DNA of 64,000 bases, taken from Chlorokybus atmophyticus. Lineage: Eukaryota; Plantae; Mesostigma and Chlorokybus algae. Below, piece after piece: positions 13,882 to 25,830 of the stretch (position 1 is its first letter; each line of letters begins with the position of its first letter). The stretch spans positions 385,742 through 449,741 of the forward strand of contig RHPI01002568.1 of NCBI GenBank assembly GCA_009103225.1. Direction: 5' to 3'. Made by a program: the position numbers and the translations under genes. The notes beneath the pieces were generated by a model. It ran no database searches. It had not been told where the DNA came from and was given only the letters and a program-made list of their open reading frames with translations.

Positions 13882-16800
13882 TCAAGTCAGCAAATGCGCC
13901 AACACAGCCTCTACGTTCCCTTCAAATTCCACCAGCAAGCTGATCGCTGCCACGCGCGACAGCGCCATAAACTCCTGCATGCATACGTAGCTGTTGATGA
14001 CAACCGCAGTTTGGTGCGAACACATGCGCGCGTGTACATAAACATGCAATCATGCTTATGCATGTGGAGGTACACGCGCGCACAAAGACCTGCACGGACA
14101 CACGCATGAACACACCCGCATGCGCGCGCACACGCACCCACATGGGCGTGTACACGCACACACTCATACGCATGCATGCTCACACCCGGAGGCAGACACA
14201 AAAAGCCCACGTGCACACGCGTGCGCGCGCGCAAACACATAGGCACGCTTCCCCAACCTCACACAACTTACTCACCATGAGTGTGAGTATGGCCGACTCA
14301 TTGACAGCCCCCGCCGGCAAGTCTCCCAAGCCCGGCGCTTGCGGCTGTTGTTGTTGTTGTTGTTGTCGCAAAGCCACACGCTCATCACCCGCGCTCGCCC
14401 GCCGACCCCTCCCATCCTCCACATCACCACATACCAACATGTCCCTCTCCCTGTTGTTGTTGTGCTCTAGCAGCCGGACGATGCCAAGGGAGTGAGCAAA
14501 CGGGTCCCGACACATCTGCAGTTGAAACCAACGTGCGTGTGTGCGAAGCAAACCCCTCAACAAACCCACAAGCCGAGGCTCGGGTCTCCCAAGGGCCACG
14601 CCCAAAGCCGCCCTCACATCCCGAGCAATAGAGTGGGAGTCGACATTGTTGTTGGTAATATTGTTGTTGTTGTGCGGGCGTGCGAGGGCCAACATGAGTG
14701 TCTTGAAGTGGCGCAGAAGCTCTGGTTGGGTTAATGTTGCTGAATTTGTTGTGAGGGGAGCCATACGTGTGCGTGCCAACGCGAGCGCTTGGGCGTATTG
14801 GTTTGTGTCAATGAGTCGCGCGAACACCACGCGCAGGAGGTGGAAGGTGAGGCGAGGTGTGCATGCCTCGTGCGTGCTCATCTCCATCGCTTCACTCGCT
14901 GTCGCGTCCGAGACACCCAACATGCCGATCTCCCGCACGAGTCGCACGCACCTCCTCTCAAACCCAGTGTCCACGATATTGTCATGCCGTCTGACGCACA
15001 CACCCACACTACTACGTGGACTTTGCCCCCCTTTCTCACCCTCTCTACGCCCGATCCAACATAAGCAACGTTCTTGTCCCGACGTGGACGCCTCCTCCTC
15101 GACACACATATCCACATCATCCTCATCCTCACCCTCTCTTTTAATCAACCCCCTATACGCGCAATACTCGTACACGAGCTCGTCCATGAGGCACACATCC
15201 ACATGAATGGTATCCAACTCATTCCTCAAAGCCTCCTCCAAGTCTCCATTCGTATAATTCAAACTCTCAACAGCCCGTTGGCGTGATATCGCCGCTGCCT
15301 GGGCGAGAGTCTGGATATCCGCCTCGGGGAGGGCGTACGGTGGGACCACGCAAGGATTATGTGGACACGCCGCGGGCGGGTCGCGCGCGCGGGTGGGCGA
15401 CACGAGCTTGTTGATGAGAGGGAGGCTGTCATGTGGGAATGTGTGCTCGTCGTCGGAGTCATTATCATCGTCATCGGAGTGGTATTGCCTGTGCACGCAC
15501 GCGAGGTAGCGCAAGAGGGCAGGTAGAGTGGGTGCGTGGGCACGCAGGCGGGCGCGCACGGTGCTCGTGACGAAGGCGGCGAGGTCTTCACGCACGCGCG
15601 GGGACCAGTCTGCCGACACAGGGGAGGAGAAGGTGGATGTTGTTGATGTTGGTGTTGTTGTGGAGGTGTCGTCGGGGTACATCAGCATCTGCATTGCGCG
15701 CTTGAACTCCCCATACGCCTCCTGGCAGTGGGGAGACGAGATGGTTAATGTGCGTGCATGTATACATGCTTGCGCAAAACTGCATGTGTGTGCATGCGTG
15801 TGTTCTTGCACAACCAACCTTGAAAGACGCGTGTACACGAACGCTTGCACAGTATGCAGCCATACATACATGCGTGCACGTGCACGTGCAGACTTGACAC
15901 TTGTGTGTGCACGTGTGCACTTTTCTCACGCGCACCAAGACGCAATGCACAACCCCATGCCCACAACAACAACGACAACACCACACACCTTCGACAGACA
16001 CACGCATGCATGCACTCCCCCCCCTCCCCCCCCCCTCCCCCCCNCGCTTCCATTGCCATCGGCGCGAGGTTATCCCTGGCGTCCCTGAGCGCCTCCTTGA
16101 CGTCTCCCCTGCGCAGCGTCTCGACAAAGCGCTGGCGACGCAGGCGAAACCAAAGCTCGGGGGAGAGGAGGGAGGAGGTGTTGTTGATGTTGGTTTGGAT
16201 GTTGCTGAGGAGGGAGAGGGCGGAGTCGATGGAGCCGTGGAGGATCAGGGAGTGGAGGTGGGAGATGGAGCGGCGGGACTGGAGGCGGGACTGCGGCAGG
16301 GGGAGGAGGTTGGGATGGTGTTGGGGTGGGGTGGGGTGTGAAGTGGAGCAGCAAGGTGTGCACGCGCATGCACACAAGCGCGGGTGAAGTGCATGATTGT
16401 ATGTTGTGCAATTGTGGGTTTTGCTGACGAGTGACCGACTTGTACAACGATAGCTGAGTGGCATCGGAGGTATCGATTGGACTGACACACACTCGTGTCA
16501 GACAAAGCACATCCGCTTTGACACTCACCCACTTTGGCTGCATTGCACATGTCTGCAAAGACACTCGACTGCATGTGACTGTGTCTGCTTGTGCACAGCT
16601 TTTTTGTGCACACTCAACCCGCGAATCCCATCTGAAGTGTGTTCAACCACAACTCATGTGAATAGGGTGTTTACAAAGACTATCATGTAGTGTGCATGTG
16701 CGCGTGCGGTGCGTGTTCTCGAATGCATGCAGCAAAGTGTAGGCTCAATTGCACTTGCACTGTACCTGTTTGCATGCGACCAACACCTAAATGATGTGAA

Positions 16801-17001
16801 TGACAGCAGTAGGTTAACACATATGCCCGAGTGCATACGCACCTGACGAGCAGCTGAGACTTCATCATCCTCGTCATCGCCGTCGTCAGTGGCAGCGGCG
16901 GCAGCAGAGGAGAGCGTCGCCAGGCCCTCCTCCAGCACGTAGTCGACCGCGAGAGCGTCCACTGCCGCCGCCGCCGGCTCGCACCACCCCTCCTCGTCCA
17001 T
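13882..17001 (-). CDS. LisH/CTLH-CRA domain protein with UBA-like C-terminus (At5g66810-like)
   Basis: Exons ~17001-16843, 16290-~16045, 15721-14276, 13974-13882. Motifs VDALAVDYVLEEGL, LWFRLRRQRFVETLR, EAYGEFKRAM, DIQTLAQAAAISRQRAVESL, LMDELVYEYCAYRG, THARWFQLQMCRDPF, SAILTLM|EFMALSRVAAISLLVEFEGNVEAV match the plant family as recalled. The exon 2 donor is obscured by an N at 16044. Confidence 0.85.
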
Positions 17002-18533
17002 GCGTGTCCACACAGGCGTCACCGGCGTGCAATAGCCTCGCCGTCGCTGCCGCCGTGAGGAGGTTGTTGTTGAGGTAACTGTCGGCGTAAGGCGTCAGTG
17101 GGAAACGACAACAGACTGTCGCACCGACGACGTTTGAAACGCACATTTTCATGACCTGCGTTGATTGATCTAAACGAAGCCTACCGTATTTGTGCGGATT
17201 TATCCCCCCCCCCCTCTCCCTCAATAGGAAGTGTTGTATACGGGTTGCATCGATGAGTGTATAAGGGGCCGCCCCTTTTATCGGCGATACAACAAAAGCA
17301 TACCGCTGTATACATTTGGGGGTGTTGTAATAGGGGGGTCGCACAATACAGTAGGGATGAAAGTTGAATGTTTTGTCTTACATGCGTTCATGCAAGTCAG
17401 TATGATGAACACAGCTAGCTGTTGTTTGGTGCCAATCAATAGCAAGACCGTTATGTAAGATGTTACGACAAGCACAATGTTGAACAGCAAGTTGCTGCCA
17501 GCAACGTTTAATGCATATAAACCTACATTTTATTGCCTGTTGATGGCTCGGTTTGCGTGTGCAATCACACCCGCATTGTTGCACATGTATCGCACAGCTT
17601 GTATTATCTTAATGTATATCAGCAAAAATGAAAGACACTCTCAAAGTACAGCATGTAACCAACTAATATGAGTTGCGCATGACGAGGCATCAACTGTTGA
17701 AGTCCCGAGCGTTATATCTGTGCAAAAAATCTACCACACTTAAAGGGAGGGCAATACTGGCTTGCACTAACCAACTAAAAAGACTACAACAAATGTCAAC
17801 CTCGACTATTAGGGATGTGTACTGTGCTATGTGCTTGCATTTGAAGTCCCTCAATCTTATCATATGCAATTTCATAGGGTGTTATTACATGCGATGCTTG
17901 CAAGTTTGTGCTTGCGACGCATGTGATTTACCGAAATATAACCTCTAAAAGCAATCAAGATCAAGGCCCTCGCATTAGGCCTTAATTATTAACATTAAGT
18001 CGAGATCGCGTTGCAACGCATTAGCAAATACTTGCTTGAGGTACTTGCTATCATCATTTATGTACCCGCCGTACTTAAAGCTATTGCGTCCCACCTATTA
18101 GCAACCAACTCCACTTTATCTAAAATTATGTGTAAAAGTAGTTGACAGTTTAGTAGCCGCAAGAGGTTGTGATTGAAGTGCAGGTGCATCACGGGCCATT
18201 CCAATCCAAGTGCATGCCGGCTGCCACATTATGTGAGATATGTAACTACTACGATTGGCACATGCATGCACAGCCATGCCTTAACATAACACGACGCGCA
18301 CATGCCTAAAAGAGCCCTCCCTTGCAAACACTACAGCTACAACATTTCGCACCACCTGAATGCAATGGCATCATCAACAAGCGCACTCCTCTCACGCTAC
18401 AGCCTACACTTCTCACCTACACTTACCTGTATCCACACAACAACACAACTATTTGGGGGGGAGGAATGGGCCGGGGACACGACAGAGAGGGGGGGGGATA
18501 TATCAACAGGACTACACTCTGCAGAGGGCTAAA

Positions 18534-21500
18534 CTAACTCAGCTGGCGTGAGCCGAGGCGCGAGTCGGGTGGTCCGGCTGATGACGGGCGCATAGAGAAG
18601 CGTGAGAGCGAACTCGCTATCTGTGAGATGCTCGTGTCGCGCTCGGCTCCGCTCTGCGGCGTGGGAGGCCTCTTCTTGAGGTCCCGCGGAAGCCGCACGC
18701 TCGGCACGATGCCCTCGTTGAAACAGATGAAGTCAAGGAAGCGCGGGTTCTCAAGCAGCAGCCGAGCCACAAGAAGACCACCCACCGACCACGTCTGGTA
18801 CAAGCGCGCCTGTGTACAATGTTTGTGTGTGTGTGTACGCGCGCTCGTGAGAATGCGCGTTACTCTGCGCGTGTGTGGGTGTGGGTGCTTGCGCCAATGC
18901 CTGTATGCGTGTGCATATGCATAAGGGCGCATGTGAACTTGCCGCATTGCAACCTTTGCATAGAAGTACATCCCCACCACCTCACCTGTTTGCCAATGAG
19001 GCGGCCGCGCTTGCCATCATAATACTCCGGCCAGTGGTCTTTCGCGAGCCGGCGCTCGGCTTGTTCGATGGCACGCTGCGCCAGCTTCAACCTGCCGGCC
19101 TTGAGGCAGGCCGCGGTGAAGACCCACAGAAGCGTTGGCCACGAACCGCCATTATGGTAGGACCTGTGCGCAAGAACATTTTGATACATGACAACACCGG
19201 GGAATAAACCGTGCCAACACATGCATACGTGCATGCACACGCGCGTACGCAGACACAGAGACACACGCACTTGAGTACACGTGCGTGTATGCGCACACGC
19301 AGACACGCACGCGCACGCGTCCCTACCATGGGGTGTTTTTGGGGTCTGCGCCGGTGATGTGTCGCCATTCCGACCCCTCGAGCGCGGGGTAGCATAGCTT
19401 GAGTGGCATCGCGGCGATGAGGTCCTCCCACCTCGACTCGTACAGGTCCATGATAGCCTCCGCTTGCTGCGACGTCGTCAGCGAACACAGGATCGCCATC
19501 AGATTGCCCAAAGCAAAGTATCTAAAGTCCATGCGAGCAGGACCCAGATTGCCTATCAAGTACCTGCATGTACAAAGGCTCATGAACGCTTTCTTCTTTG
19601 TTTGTCAGTATGTGCATGTGTGCGTGTGTGAGTGCTATCCCGCGCGCACATGTGCGGGTGCATGTGCGGGTGCAAGTGCGGGTGCGGGTGTGTAGCTGTG
19701 ACTTCTCTCACCCTCCAACGTCAGGCATCCAGTCAAGGACCCATTCAGGGATGGAGTCCGGGTACACATTGAACTTGTTGACGGCGTCGTCACTGTACTC
19801 TTCCGTCTTGTAACGGTAGATGTTGTTCAGCTGGTTTATGTCCAGCCAGTAGTAGTCGCGTATGTGCGCCGACAGCGCAGTCAAACGCTTCTCTATCATC
19901 CGCAACAACACTGACAGAAAGCATGTGTGAGTAGTGTTTCACCCAAACTGAATAAAAAGAAAAACAAATGCACGCACACGTAGCCTTGCATGTTCCTCCT
20001 GTACCTGAGTTGTGCTCGTCGCGCCGGAGCAGCGTGTGTGAGCACCGCAGCGCATTGTAGAACAGCGACTGGATCTCTAGCGGATGTCCATCGATGCCCA
20101 TGCGCCGATCAATCATACAGCAGCCGTCCGTCACGAGCATCGTTGGAAACATGTCGAACTCGTCTGCCAAACTGCACACCAGAGACAATGCAATAATCAC
20201 ACACGTGCGTGGGCATGCATGCATACACATGCACACGCTTGTACACACGCACACACGTACACCCATATGTGCATCTATACACACGCACGTACAGCAGAGG
20301 ACGTACGAAGCCTGTACGTCCTCTGCTACGCGCATACTTGTAGCAGAGGACGTACACGCATACGCGCACATGCACGCACGCCCACACGCACACATACAGG
20401 CATGTGCACGCAAGGACGAACGCACGCACACATAAGCAACTGCGCATGCAGGCATACACCTGCACACAACCGTCACACACGCACGTGCGCACGCGCGTGC
20501 ACGTGTTCACCCAACACACCACATACCACAGTTTCAGTATGAGGCGTATTCCCTTCTGAAACTCGGGCATCTGCGCTAGCGACTGATCTCCCGTTGCTTC
20601 CGTGTACGCTCTCAGTAGAAATATCCACCACAACCCGCTATCAACGGGTGCCACTCTCCCGATAGCGAGTTCACCAAAGTCCGCCTCAACCTCGTCTTCG
20701 TGATCGGTGTGAAGCACTTTGAAAGAAGCGGGAAGCAAACCCTCGCCGGGGGAGAAGCAATCGGTCTGACGCTCCCAGGATTGGAGTTCGAGAGTTTTCA
20801 GAAGGAAGTTGCGGACGATCTCGGGCTCGCCGTTCATTAGGAAGGCGAGAGCGGATGGAACAAAGTCACGCATGAACACCTGTGTGCGAGACATGTTGGT
20901 GCACACACACACGCACGCACACAAACGCACGAGGAAGCGGACGCACGCACACACACACGCACTTGTGCAAGTGTACACACATGTGCATGCATCCACACTC
21001 GATCACACTGAGACACGTAAACACTCAGGCACACACATGCGCACCTACACGCACAAGGGTCCATACAGTGTGCGTGTGCACGCGTGCAGGCGTGTTATCC
21101 TACTATGTGCAACGAGGCAATCAAACAACCCAAAACGCGTGCCTGGTCGTAGTTGAGTGCATCCGCTCCCGGCACGAGTAAGTGTTCCAGCGCCGCGACA
21201 GTTCCGACGGGGCAGCCGTTGAAGGACATCACGCTCTTGCGCAACAGCTCCCACGCCTCGCGCACGATCGGAGTGTCGCCGCCGCGGTCTTCTGTCGGAG
21301 GCTCACCAGTACCATTCTGAATCTTGTGAAGAAACAAACACAAGCACGCACGCACATTGAGACCACATACACAAAGATGGTTTCAGCACCAGCAAGCGGC
21401 TTCCCGACATCTATTCACACATGCGCGAGTTCATTGATGGGACTGATTGCTGCTTCCAATGAGTGCGCAAGTGTATGTGTATGTGAAAGCATATGTGTAT

Positions 21501-21982
21501 GTGCATGTGCATGTGCACGAATGTATATATGTAATGTATATATACGGTATATGAGGGTATGTGTGTAAACTCACATTGCCCATAAGGCACCAGCATGACA
21601 GCGACAGCCAGCTGCCAGAGAGCAAGTGCAATGTCCAATGAGGCTGCTTGAATGTATACCATAACTTCACAAACAAATTCAGGTCAACATATGAGTTTGC
21701 TCACACATTCAAAGATGTTCAGTGTTGTTCAAAACCCAATACACCCCACATTACGTCAGCTTAGCATGTGGTCAGCTTTCAGGCGCAAAGCGCCATGCAG
21801 GGGCGACTCATGCCGATGACATTGCCATGCATGTAATCGGTATGAGGGAGCATGTCAACGTAACCATCATCGCCGCCGCTTACCGAGTGAGGTGCGCGTG
21901 CTTCCAGGGCGTCGGCGAGGAGCTCCTTGTGGGGGATCTGGTCGAACGACGCCGCCGGGGACATCGACCCGTACGCCTCCAT
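18534..21982 (-). CDS. Alkaline/neutral invertase (glycoside hydrolase family 100), 8 exons
   Basis: [28 protein letters not shown]|[103 protein letters not shown] 21982, stop 18534-18536. Intron 2 has a GC donor. Confidence 0.96.
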
Positions 21983-22102
21983 GTTGAGGGCAATATCCTC
22001 CCCCCCCCAGCCCCTGCCACTCCCCGCTCCTCCCCAGCTAGGACGACAACCACAGCAACGCCAACGCCGCCGCCGCCGCCCGGTTGTTAGCCTGCTGCTG
22101 GC

Positions 22103-22198
22103 AGTGAACTATTCGGATAGTTCGAGGAGGCCGGAGTGAACTATTACACTTCACTGGTTGAAGTAGTAGTTCACTCTCAACTGAAATAGTAGTTCACT
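22103..22198. promoter_or_regulatory. Bidirectional promoter between invertase and monooxygenase with four AGTGAACTA boxes
   Basis: AGTGAACTA at 22103 and 22135; reverse complement TAGTTCACT at 22167 and 22190. These lie in the ~330 bp between the divergent ATGs (21982 and 22309). Confidence 0.45.
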
Positions 22199-22308
22199 CT
22201 GCATGGCGTGAATATACCAGTTTTGGACACGTGGCGACGGCGGCGGAGGACAAAGCGAAGGCGGAGGAGAAGGACAAGGAGGACGAGGACGATAAGTCGT
22301 ATATAAGA

Positions 22309-25300
22309 ATGGGCAGTGTAACTGTCAGTTTGATGCGTTGTTCGCCGCCGCTGCTGGGGCAGAGGAGCAAGCGGGTGGGTGCTTCCCAGGGCAGGGCGGC
22401 GGCGGCGGTGAGGTCGAGGACGAGGGTGAGGGCGCAGGCGGTTGCTGCTGGTGGAGATGAGGAGGTGGAGGTGTGCGTTGTCGGCGGAGGCATCGCCGGG
22501 CTGGGCGTCGCTGCTGCACTCCACAAGATTGGCCTGCAGGCAAGCCACTGCGCGCATTGCATGCACACACCGGTGCACGCGTAACGTCACATTGTTGTTG
22601 TTGTGATGTTGGTGGTTTACATGTGATAGGTGAGGGTGTTGGAGTCTGCGCCTGCTGCGCGTGAGTCTGGGGCGGCCATTGCGCTGTGGGCTAATGCCTG
22701 GCGAGCACTGGTGAGAAAGCCGCCACAAACAGATCAGATTGATTCATTGTGCCTGCAAGTAGCAACACACACACACACATGCGTATGTGCGCGCACATGA
22801 ATACACACATGCGCGCGTACACACGCACACGCACACGCACACAGGCAGGTGCACATAAATACGAACATGCACACGCGTTCGAATGCGCACGCACACAGGC
22901 ACGCGCGCACACTTGCGCATGCGCTTGCTAGCATACAGGCATGCATACGTGTGTATGTGTATGCGCGCACATACGCATGCACGCACATAGACACATGTGC
23001 CTGTGCGTACGCAAGCATGCTTGTATGTAATCACGGGCAGGCATGCACAAATGCGCGTGCACGGGCACAAACACACAGACACGCATGCACACGCCCGCGC
23101 TCACACACCAACGGTCCTTCAGGACGCATTGGATTGCGGTGACGGCCTGCGCAAGAAGCATCCCATCGTCATGGACAGGCACGCTTTGACAAGTTTTTAT
23201 GACTGTGACGTGTTGGTTGTGTGTTTACTTGCGCATGCATGCGTGAGTGTTTGCGTGTCATCACAGGCATGAGAGCCAAAAGCCACTGGCGATGCAAACA
23301 GGTGCCGGCTTTCCAACAATGACGGGAAGACTTTGCGTTCGTTCAGCTTTGACGAGTGTGAGGGCGGGTGAGCTGCAGGAGACAAGCATGCATGCATACG
23401 TTTGAGTATGCGTGCATGTGAGTGTGTGTGCGCATGCGTGTATGTGCATCTACATCACTGAGCTTATCCACCTGTTGCATACGTGCATGCATAGATGCGC
23501 ACATGGTTACGTGCAAACATGCGCCCTCACTCACAGGCACACTCGCACACACCCCAACGCACACACTCGCGTGTGCACACAGGCACACACACCATCCACA
23601 TTGCGTGCTCGTATATCATCCCACTCTTGTAGAACCACACTTTGCCAGTCTTAAAACCCCACTTGCAGGCCGCACGAGCTTCGTGGCGTGAGCCGCGCCA
23701 ACCTCTTATCCGCGTTGTCCGGTATGCTCCCCGCCGACACCATCCGCTACGCCTCTAGCGTGAAGCGCATCGACAACAACAGGGAGGTGCATCTCGAGGA
23801 CGGCTCCAAGATCACTGCTCAGGTGGGGGGAAGATGTGGTGTTTTGTGTGGGTGGGTGGGTGGGTGGGGTGTAGGTGTGTGCTTATGGTGTGTCCGTTGT
23901 TGCGTGTCGAAGGTGGTTGTTGGGTGCGACGGTGCGCGATCAGTTGTCGGGAAGAGCTTGGGGTTGCCACCGTTGCAGTACGCAGGCTACAGGTAAGTCA
24001 CGCGTGCTTGCTCATGAGCGTGAACACGCGTGTCTCAGACACCTACATGCATGCACGCGCGTGTGTGTCACAATCACACACCAATGATCATGATGACACG
24101 CTTGCATGCACGTATACAGGCGAGCACGTGCACACATGTGCGTGTGCGTGTGCGTCTGCCAACCAAAATGACGCAATGGTGATCATACTGTCACCCTTGT
24201 GCAGCACTTACCGTGGGGTGGCCAACTATCAACACAATCTCGGCCCCACGACGGAGCTCCTCCTCGGTCGGGGAGTGCGCGTGGGGCTGTACCCGCTCTC
24301 GCCCGAGCATGTGTACTGGTTTGTCTGCTTCAACGCCGCAGAAACAGGTACACAGACAAGCGCACTTACGCACACGCACATGCACCTGGTTGCACACACA
24401 TTCACATGCACGCACACCCACACGACTACCCGTAACCATCCACATTGCGTGTAGACAGGGGTGGCACTTTGGCCGAAAACAAACGTCACGCCGCCGCGCT
24501 GATCTCCGACTGGACAACTCGACCAGACAACCCGATCGCAGATCAGGCACGTGAGACGGTCGGTAACACCCCGGAGGACAACATAATCAGGAGCCGCATA
24601 TACGACCGACTCACGCTGCCGTTCCAAACGAGATGGGGGAATGGAAATGTGACACTCGCGGGGTGAGAATAAGGATGTATATAGGTTCCATTGATGTAGA
24701 CATGCACACGCACGTGCATTTGCACATTCGCATGCGCATGTGCACCAGCATCGGCGTGCGCAAGCGCGCATGTGTCCATGCCCACATATGCACACGTGTG
24801 TGTGTGCGTGCGTGCGTGCGCGCGTTTTCACTCACACCTGCGCACACGTGCAGACCCGTTTGCACACACGTACAAACACCCACGCACTTGATAACTTACT
24901 GCAGAGACGCTGCCCACCCGATGACCCCAAACCTGGGCCAAGGCGGCTGCACTGCTTTAGAGGACGCCATCGTGTTGGCGCGCGAACTGGCAACCACCAC
25001 ACTCCGCGGGTACACATTGCTCACTATTTTGTCCATCCCCCACCCACCCACTCACCCACACACACACCCTCCCTCACCCTCTCACTCCCACATTGCAGGC
25101 ACGAGCGATCCATCACGGACGCCTTGCGAGCTTACGAAGCTAATAGGATACGACGTGTATGGAAGGTGGTCGCTCGCTCGAGGTTCGTCGGATTTGTGCT
25201 GCAGATGCCGTACGAACCCGTGTGCGCGCTCAGAGACACCGTTATGCCCGTGTTTTTGCCGATCAGCCACTTCTTGGACCATACCAACTTTGACTGCGGG

Positions 25301-25339
25301 AAAGTGCCGGAGAGGAGGAGAGAGGTTGTGGCAAAGTGA
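22309..25339 (+). CDS. FAD-dependent monooxygenase (plant MO2/MO3-like), probable plastid transit peptide, 10 exons
   Basis: VCVVGGGIAGL (GxGxxG), VLESAPAARESGAAIALWANAWRAL, VVGCDGARS, VTLAG|DAAHPMTPNLGQGGCTALEDA, FLDHTNFDCG. Ser/Arg/Ala-rich N-terminus; stop 25337-25339. Introns 1 and 3 have GC donors. Confidence 0.92.
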
Positions 25340-25830
25340 TGAGTATGGGTGGGTGGATGTGTATATAAGAAATCTTTGAACGGGTTAGGTTTTTCCATAC
25401 TTGTTAGCTTTGTAAGCAATGGGGTCGCAGCCGCTGTGAGAAAGTTGCAAGGATGAGGGTGTTGTCGTCGTCCAGTTAACAACATGCTTGCGTAATTGAG
25501 ACTTTTGCATACTTGTACCAAATATTATGGCGCAGAATAGTCATCTGCACGCGGCTGGCTCAACCATGCACATAACCTCAGTCGCGCACGCACTACCAAT
25601 GCACTATCCTTGCATATGCACCGCCACCGACAGCCAGCACAGCAGCATAACCAACTTTCAGCGCTGACACATGTCACGCTCCAATCAAACAAGCAAGGAG
25701 AATAAGACGATGTACTACTATGGGCCAGATACCAACCGCAATAGCAACAGCGATAGCCTGCGCCAAGCAATAAAAAGGCAGCATGTATCGCTGAAAAAGG
25801 AAACGTTCGCGTCGGTGCACACCCAACACC

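Noticed and set aside
16040-16050. Apparent broken splice donor and missing YP residues in the CTLH gene
   Set aside because: It coincides with an N inside a G/C homopolymer; likely an assembly error rather than pseudogenisation.
22309-25339. Zeaxanthin epoxidase
   Set aside because: Too short and lacks the C-terminal FHA domain; motifs fit generic MO2/MO3-like monooxygenases.
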